A program made the position numbers and the translations under genes. The notes beneath the pieces were generated by a model. The model was given only the letters and a program-made list of their open reading frames with translations. It was not told the DNA's origin and did no database searches. DNA of 63,028 nucleotides, the filler included, from Rhabdomonas costata (taxonomy: Eukaryota), in the NCBI GenBank assembly GCA_019059605.1. It is 56 parts of 56 records of this genome, joined end to end, with 100 filler letters (N's around TTAATTAATTAA, not from the genome) between each part and the next. Parts side by side here need not be neighbours in the genome. Positions count along the whole stretch, not along the records: positions 11,283 to 12,309 come from JAHMHO010032700.1; positions 12,410 to 13,436 come from JAHMHO010032701.1; positions 13,537 to 14,563 come from JAHMHO010032702.1; positions 14,664 to 15,690 come from JAHMHO010032703.1; positions 15,791 to 16,817 come from JAHMHO010032704.1; positions 16,918 to 17,945 come from JAHMHO010032705.1; positions 18,046 to 19,072 come from JAHMHO010032706.1; positions 19,173 to 20,199 come from JAHMHO010032707.1; 48 more parts are not named here. The stretch is one strand, 5' to 3'. Shown here one piece after another: positions 11,846 to 24,172 of the stretch (positions within the stretch are counted from its first letter, which is position 1; each line of letters starts with the position of its first letter).

Positions 11846-14800
11846 CTGCACCCCGCACACAAACACAAACACAATTGACCCATCACTCCAGGAAGCTGCA
11901 GCAGCGCCGCAAGAGGCCAAGTATATGATATTAGAACCTGCAACCTCTAGTTGTAGGAGTGAAAGCGGAGCACTATCCCCAAAAAAGAAAAAAGAAGGAC
12001 ACTCTTCGACATGTGCTTGATATTCACAGGAACACTGATTTAGCCATTGAAGCCGAAGCATTCGAAAGTAACAGTTTAAATGATTTCAGTCATGCGCACC
12101 TTTCGGGAGGGGAATTAAGCGGTGCAACGACCTCATACTTAACACCACAAACACAAAAAAAATAAAGTGCCCGGGACCTACGACTATTGCACTTCTACTG
12201 GCAAAGTTTAACTGCGCAAATACGTGTACTGTAACTGCGGTACTGACACGGCTTCTACCACCATCCCAACTCTGATAGCGCACCCCTTTTCTTCGCCTCG
12301 GTTGGTTTTNNNNNNNNNNNNNNNNNNNNNNNNNNNNNNNNNNNNNNNNNNNNTTAATTAATTAANNNNNNNNNNNNNNNNNNNNNNNNNNNNNNNNNNN
12401 NNNNNNNNNGGGGTGTGTTTCAGAGAGCCCTCTTCCATGGGGGGTGGCGATTCATCGGCTTACCGTGACGGGGTTACCCTCACGGTGAGCCGATGAATCG
12501 CCACCCCCCATGGAAGAGGGCTCTCTGAAAATCAGCACCCTATATCTATGAACGAGCTTATGCGCTTGACTGTCGAGCCCACTCCAAGCAAATACCCAGG
12601 GACACAGGAAGAAGACACTTCTCTACATCAGCCAGTGCGCAACGCGCGCAACACACACACACACGCGCTCACAATGACACACGCAAACTTCCGTCGCACC
12701 CTCTCCTTTTCTGCTGTGCCTTTCCTCTCCTTTTCTGCTGCGCCTTTTCTCCGTTTGTGCGCAGTGATGTGCTTGTTGTTGTTTGGCCGTACAGCAATTT
12801 CAGGGCGTCCTCCTGTGCACTAGGCCTTCCGCGGCTTCCAAGTCCTCGGCCCCACCGGTATGTGCGGTTTCTCATTTTGTAGGAGTCTTCTCGCCTGGAG
12901 TTCCTTGCTTGCTCCTGGGCAGGCGGAGGCGTTTAAATAGGAGAAATCAATTCGTCTTTATGGGGGCGAGACAGACATGCCCCCCGTTTAGCGGTTCTCA
13001 ACGCTCAAGGCCCCCCCCCCTGTTTTTGGTCCAGTCGCTTCTGTTCCAACGCAGCTTCGAATAATGCATAACATATGTTCCAAAAAGTTTGTGTTTTGCA
13101 GATGGCCGCTTAACGGTACCATCCGTCTTATATGTCTAATTCACCACGCTCTGCAGCGAGCCCAGGAAGTCCGTCAAGCTGCCGTCCATATATCGAATAA
13201 GAACGCAAAATCTAAGTTTCCAAAGTCTCTCAAAGTCTCTTAATTGGCACGTCAAGCGCCCAAGACCATACCCGTTAAGCCAGAAACATCAAAAACGTCT
13301 TTCTCTCGCGGCCATTTCCATTTTGGTGGTTATGAAAACCTCCTGGGCACCCCCCAACGATTCCACCCGTTCCACGTTTGATTGGTGCAGGAGCGCATGC
13401 CTGCACTGTTTCATCTACGCAATGCAACCCCCCCACNNNNNNNNNNNNNNNNNNNNNNNNNNNNNNNNNNNNNNNNNNNNTTAATTAATTAANNNNNNNN
13501 NNNNNNNNNNNNNNNNNNNNNNNNNNNNNNNNNNNNAGCGCAGCGAGGACACAAAACAGGAACAACAGACAGCAAAAAAAAAGGAAAGACAGAATAGCAC
13601 TGCTGTACTGAACACCACCACTACTACTACCAAGAGCCTTCGCAGGGTTGATTCAGCGGTGGCGATCGGATTTCCCAAGAGCGCACAAAACAGACACTCT
13701 GAGCTGGTTTCATACGCAAACATGGCATGCCCGCACAGACGGGGTGCCCAAGATAAATAGTCTGCTGCCACCGGTATGCCAGCAAAACATCTACACCGTA
13801 TCGGTGGCCTGAGCTCGTCTTCACATTCATTCTCAGACAGTTGGGAACCGGGATGCGGGAGCCCTGTGTTGAGGTTCCGACTACCATCGAAAAGCACGCT
13901 TTACTTTACAACTGGCCCCGAATTTTCTCGATTTCTTACTGCGCTGCTGTGCTGCCACGAAAAGACACAGATATCACGTCACAGCCATCATAGGACCTTC
14001 GCATTGATGCGCGCTTCAGCAGAGAAAATCACTGGGGAAATCAGCGGGAACCAGCCCCGTCAAAAGGACAGAGCCATATTTACACGCCGAAAGTCGGGGG
14101 ACGGAATGGCGGGAGCTTATTGACAATTTGCATACAGAACGCAAGCAATACGCATGAGAAGCACGGAAAAAGATGAAAGCAAAGAAAAGATGCAGGCAAG
14201 CAAAGAAAAGCACGTGACAGCAAATATGATGGAACGGATAGGGGGAGATGCTCTCCCACTTTCCATAATTATGCAGAGAAGGGCCAAACCAACAATGGTG
14301 TTAGATCAGCGGGCTGGAAGGCCTTGTCCGGGCCGAGCCCAGGGCCCACCACGGGGGGGCTTGTCACACAGTGATATGGACACCACGGGGACGGGCACCG
14401 CAGGGCTGCGCGACAACGCCGTGAAATTCTCCTTGTCCAAACCACTGCTGCCCATGCGGGAGCCACCACCGCCACCACCACCGTATCCCGAAGCCAAACC
14501 TCGCTAAAAGCAAGGAGCAGGCAAAGACCCTCTTCTGCTCGCACCTCCCCCCCACACACACCCNNNNNNNNNNNNNNNNNNNNNNNNNNNNNNNNNNNNN
14601 NNNNNNNTTAATTAATTAANNNNNNNNNNNNNNNNNNNNNNNNNNNNNNNNNNNNNNNNNNNNGGGTGGTGTTCGAATCCAGGGAGCCCACTCAGTCTCC
14701 ACTAAGATTGTAATACGTTTTCCAACAAAAGTCTTTTTACCCTGTAATTATGCCGCTGGTCCCCAAATGCTGCGCAATAAGCCTTTTTTCGCACGGATTG

Positions 14801-15016
14801 TTCAATCTATCAGTTTTCGATGTAGTCTGCTATAATTGGTTTGCTTGCACAACCGAAACCGAACCAAACTACGGGGTTGCCGACCAACAGGAGGTTGCTC
14901 TCCTTTCTGGTATTGATCTTTTTTTTTTGGAGATTCGTCGCAGCCCCCAAAATAAAAGGTATGGCGCGGATTCAGGTGGGTGGTAATGGTGGTGCTAGGT
15001 TGTGGTTTATCGATAG

Positions 15017-15690
15017 GAGAGGCGGCGTCCTCGCAGCCCAACGCCACCTTTACCTTCGATAACGCCGACGAGCTCTTCCGGACGCTCTTCGGGGGCCGCA
15101 ACCCCTTTGCCGCGGGGGGTGCCCCTATGGACGAAGATGACGAGGACAACGGTGGTCTCGGCGGCTTTGGATTGGGTAGTGGCCGCGGGGTATCTCCCTC
15201 TGTGTGCCCAGCGCTGCCAGCGCGTCCTTTGTATTAGAACCAGGTTCTGGGGAGTGATGAGGGTTTTCAGTGATCACCTTTTCTCTTCGTTCAAGGCCAC
15301 CCAGACCACGTTCCCGCCCCAGCCTCCCGGTTCGGCGCCGACTGGCCTCCCCTTAAACTAATTCTGTCCCATCTCGCCCAGTCATATCCCAGCTATAGGC
15401 TACCATAGTCCAAAGCCAGTAGCCAACGTCAACTAGGCCCAGATTCTGTCCCATTGACGGAACGTGCGAAGTAGTATGCATTGGGGATGGGGTACATTGG
15501 TGCCCGTTGTGGCGAAAAGGGCTCTCACCTCTGTATGGCAATATTGCGGTTCAGGTCTTCCGGATGCGCTCCAGCCCGTTCGGCGGAGGCCCCACCAGGG
15601 TGATCTTCTCCACCTCCCGCAGCGGTGACCCCCGGGGTCGGCCCTCGGCCCGTCCGCCTCGCCGCTCCTCCTCCGTGGCCGCTAGGGGTG
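15017..15690 (+). CDS. DnaJ/Hsp40 (class B) G/F-rich region; exons 15017-15189 and 15555-~15690
   Basis: FTFDNADELFRTLFGGRNPF (DIF-like motif) followed by G/F-rich sequence; GT-AG borders. Confidence 0.7.
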
Positions 15691-16082
15691 NNNNNNNNNN
15701 NNNNNNNNNNNNNNNNNNNNNNNNNNNNNNNNNNTTAATTAATTAANNNNNNNNNNNNNNNNNNNNNNNNNNNNNNNNNNNNNNNNNNNNGGGGTGGTGT
15801 ATTTCCGAAAGGTGTTAGTATGCTGTTCCACTGCCCCTAGGTGCCAATTTTGGGTATAAGTAGAATTTATGTTTTATAGTAGTGTTTATCGGTTAAAGCA
15901 CTTAAGCGTATTATCCCCCCAATACAACAGTTCCGTTCTATGTCTCGTTACAGAAGTTCCACAGAGTTGCTCCTCAACATGCACATGCTCAGTATCTGAG
16001 AGTCGGGAAGAGGTCGTTGTGGATAGATTGTGTGGTGCATGAACAAGGGAGAGGCAAGGAGAACTCATTTTTTGTTGCTCAG

Positions 16083-16222
16083 GCTCTGTTGCAAGACTTT
16101 TTTCCACGTGCCCGTGTGCCAGTGCCTTCAGTGCAACTACTCTTTTACGAAGGCAACTGCCGCCCCCTCCAGAGGAGGGCGGCGATGGTCCGCAGGAGCC
16201 ACTCCCATGGTCCTCAGGACAG
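16083..16222 (+). CDS. Possible exon, unknown protein
   Basis: tttttgttgctcag|ALLQDFFPRARVPVPSVQLLFYEG...QDR|gtttgc. Confidence 0.3.
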
Positions 16223-16917
16223 GTTTGCTGGTCATCTAATGTGGGTTGGCTCAGTACTCCATCCAGGTTCGTCTCGGTCCATCTGGGTCCTCCAAGCCTC
16301 CGCACATGATTTGAGCAGGGCTCGGAAAACGTGCGACCTGCAAAATTTGCGAAAAAAATGCATTTCGACCCCGGAATTTTTAGCTTCAAATTCAAATTTG
16401 GCATTTTATTTTTTGCATTTTTTCCCAGCCCTGTTTGATCGACTCCCATGGGTTGGAGTTGGGTTTCTGGGAGATGTCATGACTATGGTTGCTGTTGTGA
16501 AGCCCGGAACTCAACTCCTTTCCTGGGCATGACGAGCTTTCTTCAAAAAATTTTCTTCCTTTTTCTCCCCAAGTGAAAAAGACAACAAAGCAGCAATGCA
16601 AGTGTGGGGTGTAGATAAGAACGAGCATTGGTGCGGGCAGCTCGCACCCAGCGTTTGGTTAGGTGAAGTAGGTATGGCAAGGAAGGTTGGAAAGGGGGAA
16701 ATTATGGGTTTCAGTGACAGGTCGAAGCACCCGATTACAGCATCCTCTGGCCTTAAGGCACTTTCCTGTGCTAGCTGCAGCGATGCGCTTGTTGGCTGCT
16801 ACTGAAACCCACAACCCNNNNNNNNNNNNNNNNNNNNNNNNNNNNNNNNNNNNNNNNNNNNTTAATTAATTAANNNNNNNNNNNNNNNNNNNNNNNNNNN
16901 NNNNNNNNNNNNNNNNN

Positions 16918-17020
16918 GTTGTTGTTGTTGTTGTTGTGGTTGTAGTTGTGGTTGTGGTTGTGATTGTGGTTGTGGTTGTGGTTGTGGTTGTGGTTGTGGT
17001 TGTGGTTGTGGTTGTGGTTG
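16918..17020. repeat. (GTT)n/(GTTGTG)n microsatellite
   Basis: Tandem GTT followed by GTGGTT units. Confidence 0.95.
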
Positions 17021-19294
17021 TTTTGATTTGATCGTGTGTATTTCTTTTTGTAATCCAGCAGTGAGTGGGCCGTGGATGGTTGTTTTGATGCGGAGTGTTT
17101 CTCTTTTTCAACTGAGGTTGGTGAAACGTTCAATTCCGTGGTTTTGCGGAAGGTTTTCACATCCTTCTCCGGATCGAAATGAAAAATGCGATTCTTTATG
17201 GCATAGAGCTGACTGTGGAAAAGCCTGCAATCACCCCATTTCCTCCACGGATGGCTCTCTGGTGCTGGCTTTGCTGGCAGGAAATAAGAATGGCAGCGCT
17301 CAGCGTCGCCAGAGACCAGCGCCATCTTTTGTCATACCAAGCTTCGTTTAATAGATCCAAAAAACACAGGTATGCATCCCTCACTTTCCCGTGGAAAAGC
17401 TTCCAATCCTAAAACCTCTTGTACAAAGATGGCGTGAAAAAGAGTGCGTTATAGATGGAAAATGGAATGTAAAAAGAAGTATTGTTGGATGTATGGATTG
17501 AAGGAGAACGTTGCCAACACACAAAGTTTGAAATTAATGAGCAAAGTGTGATGGTGAAAAACTAGATGAAACGGATCTGCCCTCGAATTGCACTTGATGG
17601 ATGGATTGGAAAAATTACGTGGCTATGGCGACTTTCCCGCGTAGTCCACTCGATTCTCTGTGTTACCATCGTACGGATGGAACCCTGCGTGCAGTTCCTG
17701 CAATTTCCTCAGTGCTACTGTCTCTCAATCTGCCATCTGTGATCGTACTCTCTTTCAAATTTTCAAGAGCTCTTGTGATCACTTGTGTTGTCGCCACATG
17801 ATTATGATTCACCAACTGCAGGGTCTCTGCCAACTGCACCAGCAATTCTCCAGCCCCAACGTTTCCATCTCTTGGACTGGACCGGTGCCACATCTTTTTG
17901 GCTGGCTCGGTCCAGAATTGGTCATTCTTTTATCAAACAACAACANNNNNNNNNNNNNNNNNNNNNNNNNNNNNNNNNNNNNNNNNNNNTTAATTAATTA
18001 ANNNNNNNNNNNNNNNNNNNNNNNNNNNNNNNNNNNNNNNNNNNNTCCCATGAGATTTCATAACATCCTCTTGTGTGGTGTTAGTGTGTGGTGTCAATAC
18101 ACCTGTTTCATAGGATTACAAAGCATGTGGTTAGATGGCAATGCACAGGTCCCCGGGGACTCTAATGGAAAGCTTTCCAGGACGTCTTGTGCCGCGGAGA
18201 GCAGCCGAGCGGCCCAAGATCCGAGGTGCTATCCTATTCAACTCAGGAGGCATAAGGCATCTCTCTCTCTGACGCCTTTCTCTACAAATCCTTTTGCTTG
18301 CAGGCGCTTTTGCTTTTTGTGGGTTGGGATTACAGGAAATTCAGGTGTGCCTAACGAATCAAAAATACTGCTGGGCATTTATGTCTGACCAGATCACCTT
18401 TGCCTCCGTTATTTTTTTTTTTGCTAATCTCAGAAAAACATTGCGAGCATTTGAGTTGAACCCCATCACAGAAAGCTTCTAAGCGAAACCGGCACCAAAC
18501 CGGCGAGTGTTGCCAACACAGGCGGCATACAAAGAGAAAAGAGACATCCCAGTTTTTAAAAGCGCAAGTCAAAAAATCGACGCGACATGTTTCCACAGGA
18601 ACGCAGAAAGTGACCTTCTTCGCCCTTGGAAAGCTCAACGAGCGGTCTACCCACCCCTCAGGGGGTCTCGTGGGAATAAGGAAAGGGCTGAAAAAAAAGT
18701 GGTGAGAGAATGGGCAGCGTGCTCAAGGTACGCTCCGAGTGTCAAAAGAAAGCTGCGTACAGAAGACAGTGAAAGATGCTAAGTTTAGTTACATCTCGAA
18801 ACCGAGAACTTATTTCGTAACGTTCCGAGCCAAGGTTTTTTTTGCCTGTATTTATGACGCTGGTCTTTAATTGCATATGCTGTCCCTTCATGAACGCGCA
18901 AAGTGAAAACACTCGATTTACGGTGTAGCTTGATATACGTCATACGCTAACTTGGGCAACAAATCACTCTTTTAAATATTAAATCAGGGAACAATTGCAA
19001 GAAAAACCAGCACCCAGATATTTTGCTCCGTGTAATGTGCTCCGCGTCCTGTCAAAAGTGAGAACCCACAACNNNNNNNNNNNNNNNNNNNNNNNNNNNN
19101 NNNNNNNNNNNNNNNNTTAATTAATTAANNNNNNNNNNNNNNNNNNNNNNNNNNNNNNNNNNNNNNNNNNNNGTGTGTGTGTCAAAGCGTACTTTCACAC
19201 ACTCAGACATTTGTGCAGTACTATATGTGTCTCTGAGTTTGCGTGTCTGTGTTTGCTGTTGTGACAATTTCGCATCGTGTTTTGGAGTTGGAGG

Positions 19295-19915
19295 ATGATG
19301 GCAGTGTTGCTTCTCGCTCTTGCCCTGTCCATGTGCGGTTCGGAAGGTGCCTTGCACACCCGCACACCCGGTGACGCAGCGCAGCCTGTGCTGCTGGGCG
19401 CCTTGGACGAGCTCCGACTGGTCCTTCCCTCGTCCTCCCCATCCTCGGGCTACACATGGGTGCCCGACTTTGATTCCTCAGTGTTTCAGCTTGCGGCCTC
19501 CTCGTGCCTTCGCCCTCGCTTAGTCGCTCAATCGGGGGACGCCACGGGCTCCCCCACCGCAGCGCTTTTTCCCCGTGTGGGGCAGGCCTGCAAGCGCGAG
19601 CTCTGGTTTGTAGGGAAGCGGGCCACGTCCAACAGTACTGGCACCGCTTCGTCCCCATGGAACTCACCCGTGGCAATCAGTGTCCACCTGCGTCGTCCTT
19701 GGGAGGGCGCCCACGAGCTCAGCAAGGCCAGCCACACCTTCCATGTCGCCGTGGAGGGTCCCTACCGAGGCATGAGGTTATTTCCCAAGCCGGCTGCGGA
19801 GGTCGAAGTAGTCCACGGCCGCGTCCAAAGCCCAAAGCCCACCGCAACGTCAAGCTCCTTTCCGTCGGTGTACGATCCCAGAAACAGCCCGGGTTTTCCT
19901 ACGATCGAAGACCAG
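19295..19915 (+). CDS. First exon of secreted protein: signal peptide + chagasin/I42-like domain + start of papain (C1A) mature domain
   Basis: MMAVLLLALALSMCGSEG signal; LPSSSPSSGYTW and LRRPWE (chagasin NPTTGYxW / RPW loops); FPSVYDPRNSPGFPTIEDQ|gtttgc (C1A LPxxxDxR...VxDQ, just upstream of GxCGSCW). Confidence 0.7.
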
Positions 19916-21563
19916 GTTTGCGTGTTTATGTGCACTGTGCGAAGGACTTCTTTATTCTGGGAACTCCCTGAAACAGCATCGTCGACGCGGTTTAATTTGA
20001 TTCCAATCCTTTAGACCACCACTGGGCCTAGCCTAAATAAGCAAGCTCTTTGTGCAAAGTCCCAGCGGGATGCAAGTTGGACTCATCCAGGGCTCCAAAC
20101 CCCAAGATGTGCCCCAAACTCCTGAAAACGGTCTCCAAATGGCCGAAAGCCCTCCAGGATCACTGCAAGTTGGCTGAACACCCCAACCCCCCACCACACN
20201 NNNNNNNNNNNNNNNNNNNNNNNNNNNNNNNNNNNNNNNNNNNTTAATTAATTAANNNNNNNNNNNNNNNNNNNNNNNNNNNNNNNNNNNNNNNNNNNNC
20301 ACTTTCCAATGTGTCCGAGATGCTTTTGCCGGCCGCTATTCTCATGGGCCTTTCGTGACGTCAATCATTCTCCCTCAGACGGGAACTCTTTCAGCTCTTT
20401 TCTTTGCTTCCCTTTTACGGAGCTTCACAACTCTAGCCTTTTTTTTTTACAACCTTTTCCTCAGATTGGTTCTCGTTTTTCGCATTCCTTGCAGCGAAGG
20501 TGATTTAGAATTCTTGAGACCTTGCGGCTGGGGGACTCATTCCCATTGCTTTCATTCGGACACACACAAACACACTCGGTTTGTAAGAATACCTTTCTTG
20601 CCTTGCCTTGTCTTCACTCTTTGCTGTTTGGAAGCAATTCAAGCCCGCACATTCACACCCGGGAGCTTGTAACTCTGGATGCTTTTTGCTGACCCCTGAA
20701 TCCATCACTCGTGGGAAACAGGCCTCTGACCCATTAATCGTGGTCCTCCCCTAATTCTTACTGCACTGTAACCGCTCTGCGCAGGCACACCATGAGAGAC
20801 CTTTTTTTTTGCACCTCTGCCTTCTCATGTTGAATAGGTTCTTCCATCTTTGCGTTGTGTATAAGGCTCGCCATGCAGGCGCTGCCACACACAAACACAC
20901 ACACACACACACCCTTTCTGTCTGTGAAGGTTGTGAAGGTGCTTTTTCCCATTTCCTGACATTTGCTTTCTGGTGCTTCTTTTCAAGTGCTGGGTTTCCT
21001 GTCCTTTTGTGTCATGCTTCGTCCACGTCAGGAAGGGTTCTTGCCGTGGACCAGCCAATGATGCCTTTCTTGGGGAGTGGGTGGGGATATGGTAAGCAGC
21101 TCCCGCTCCCGCGCAGAAAGCTGTACTGACGTTTCGGTTCAAAAAACAGCAATTGTGCCAGCAAAAGTTGGGAAACGTGTTCTGGTATGTTTTAGTGTTC
21201 CGTCCGTTGACTAGTCCCTCGAAGCCCTCAAAGAAAAATCCCGTTTTCTATGATTTACCATGTGAAGTGTCCCTGTCCCTGTCTTCAGCTTCTGCTGAGA
21301 GGCACTGTTTTTGTCGACCACCCAACNNNNNNNNNNNNNNNNNNNNNNNNNNNNNNNNNNNNNNNNNNNNTTAATTAATTAANNNNNNNNNNNNNNNNNN
21401 NNNNNNNNNNNNNNNNNNNNNNNNNNTGATATTAACGTTGACAACAACGCACGATAATTAAGAAAGCCGAATCGTGAACATAACGAACGCAAGCTTTGAT
21501 TATTCAATGATAGAAGAAAGACACTGACGCACCCACATGATTTACAACCACGATCCTACACAC

Positions 21564-22332
21564 CAGGGAGTGCAATGGCGCTCCAAGCCAGCACGGTGGT
21601 AGCCACAGGCCGGCTATCTCCCTTGTCTCCGGACAGGGGCCACGGCGAGACAACCTCCGACACAAACAGCAGATCATCACGCGCCAGCAAAAACAGGGAG
21701 TCAAGAAGATCGTAGAGTGTGGCCGCAAAAAAAATTTCGGGGCGGGCACGGCTGCGAGAATTGTTATAGGGGCTATTACCGAGGCGACTGCTTTCAGAAC
21801 ACCTGACAGACATACCATATCTCTTAGAATGCGACAGTAGGGTGGAAGCCACCTTCCAGTTCCCTGGGAGCTGAATGCCGATGCCATAGGTGGCGTTTTC
21901 CAGCCCATGCACCCAAGCAAACGAAGTGTAGCCATTCAGAAGCACGTGGCTACGTGCCACGTCGCAGTGGCTGGTCAGCAGAGAGAGGGGTGCCTGCCTC
22001 TGCTCCTGCGCAAAGTCGATGGTGTAGTGCACCTCTGTTACCTTCCGGGCGTCTGGCTCGGGAACCTCGTACACGCCAGGGGATACCGCATGCAACGTGA
22101 GTGCAGCACCGTGACGGTCCAAGGCAGAGATGTTGTGCATAAAGATTCCAGAGTTCTGCAGTTCGGTACTGCTGAACACCAGAGCACCATGGGAAGACCG
22201 GCTCAGGGAGCCTCGGTAGACAAAGTCGCACGCACAGCCCTGGCAGCTTACCTCCACTGTGATGCAGGGGGTATCATCGCAGCCCGCAAGGGTTAACAAT
22301 GCCACCAGAAGGGCGACAGATGCAGAGTACAT
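21564..22332 (-). CDS. Long first exon, peptidase M61 (glycyl aminopeptidase)-like N-terminal domain
   Basis: 258-aa ORF; signal ending LAGC; VLLNGYTSFAWVHGLEN..IQLPGNWKVASTL..FFAATLYDLLDS resembles the M61 N-domain; probable donor CCTG|gtgtgt. Confidence 0.55.
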
Positions 22333-23810
22333 GGTAAAAAAAAAGCAAACACAGACTTGTGAAAATCTGTCAGCGGTATCAAAATCGAAACTGTGATATC
22401 AAAGCAGAAAACTCGCCGAGCGAAGTCCTATGCAAAGGCCTTTAACAACACACNNNNNNNNNNNNNNNNNNNNNNNNNNNNNNNNNNNNNNNNNNNNTTA
22501 ATTAATTAANNNNNNNNNNNNNNNNNNNNNNNNNNNNNNNNNNNNNNNNNNNNGGTTTTGGGTTGCGGGCCGACCGCCACGGGTACAAGCTTCTCTTTTT
22601 TGGGGGGGGGGGTGATACCGAACGAGTCGGAAGCGAAAGTGAATCGCGGCGCTTCCTTTATCATAGGGTGCAGTGCAGGGTCGGCGTGAGCCACATTGGG
22701 TTGTATACATGACCAGAGGTGTCGGGGAGGTGTACTGTGGAGTTGTGGTCGAGAGTTTCTTCGCTGCCCTGTTGTGGGGCGGTGAGGCGAGGCCTGTGGT
22801 CTCAGCCTTTTGGGGGGCGGGTTTTCCACCTCGCCCCGCTCCTTTTCCGCATTTGTTTTGGTGTGACGTTCTGGGAGCAGGGAATGTGGTAATGCCGCCC
22901 TCTTGTTTTGCACAACAATGATCGCATTCTTGTTGTGGCAGCTCTTCTTTCTCGGATACGGGAGCTGCAGGTGACGAAAGAAGTCTTGGTTTTAAGTGTT
23001 GTTGGGGTGAGGGTTGGCGATTTATTAAGAGAAAAGCTCCCCCACTCGCAGCCCCCTTTCGCCGCCAAGTCCCATGTCGATCCCAGCACCAAGGTGTTGT
23101 TTTGGTACCCCATCCCTGTGCATATAATAACCTCAGCGAGGAGTCCAAACTGAAGACTCGGGAGAGAAGGCAGCGCAGCACCCTCCGCAATGAGGCAGCA
23201 TGGTGCGCCCACTGCAGCTTAGTGGGGCTTAGTGGCAACAGGAGCACAGGAAAACACACAAACATACACACATCTCCTTCACTCCCCCTCACCCCATCCT
23301 CGTCCTAGGGCAAACAATGAATCAAGCCATGTGAGATGGAGGTGGATGCGGCATCGATCCACAACCACCACAAAAACGTGGATGCAACACAGAGATCAAA
23401 TTGCTTCAAATGCTTCAGCTAGGTGGAGAAGCACGCTGTCTCTCCGTCCCTCCCTCCTTTGCCCCCACTCGTTCCGAAATCGATCAGAAGCGAAGGGCAC
23501 TTTCTCTCACACGTTGTCTTCCATTGTGGTTGGGTTTTTCTGCCATGTGAATTTCAGAGGCTACTTTCGTGCTTTTATATNNNNNNNNNNNNNNNNNNNN
23601 NNNNNNNNNNNNNNNNNNNNNNNNTTAATTAATTAANNNNNNNNNNNNNNNNNNNNNNNNNNNNNNNNNNNNNNNNNNNNGTGTTGTGTTATGTTGTGGT
23701 ACGGTACGGTGCACGCATGGGCCCCCCAGCAAATTAATAGTCGTGCAAGCCTAACTCTTTTTCACACATTTCTGTACACACAACGCCAAAAATCGTGTGC
23801 GTGTGGGGAC

Positions 23811-24172
23811 CTGCGTCGCTCGTCGTCATCCTTCAGGCGTTCCTCGAGCATCTGCCGCTCGGCCTCCTCCCGCTTGTCCAGCTCCTCCTCGAGAAGCTCT
23901 GCCTCCCTCTCCTGCTTCATCTGCATCACTTTCATCCGGCGGACAAAGTTCTGCTTCATGCGCCCGCTGCGCGCGGCTAGCTCGGCTTCGTCCCCGGAGG
24001 CGGAGAGGCTGAGGGTCTGGGACCCGGCGGCCAGCGGCTCCTCCTGTTCTTGGGCTCGCACGTCCTTCTCCAGCCTAACCTCTTCGTGGTGCTTCTTCTC
24101 AATGATATCAGTGCACAGCGCCCGGGCCTTCTCGAACCTCTGCTGAACTCGCACCGCCTCAGTCTCCTTGGC
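23811..24172 (-). CDS. Internal exon, coiled-coil E/R/K-rich protein
   Basis: tttcgcag|AKETEAVRVQQRFEKAR...EEELDKREEAERQMLEERLKDDDERR|gtcccc. Confidence 0.7.

Noticed and set aside
14664-14692. GTTCGAATCC tRNA T-arm-like motif (also a weak one at ~49615-49660, minus strand)
   Set aside because: At a contig edge within primer-affected sequence; no cloverleaf can be built.
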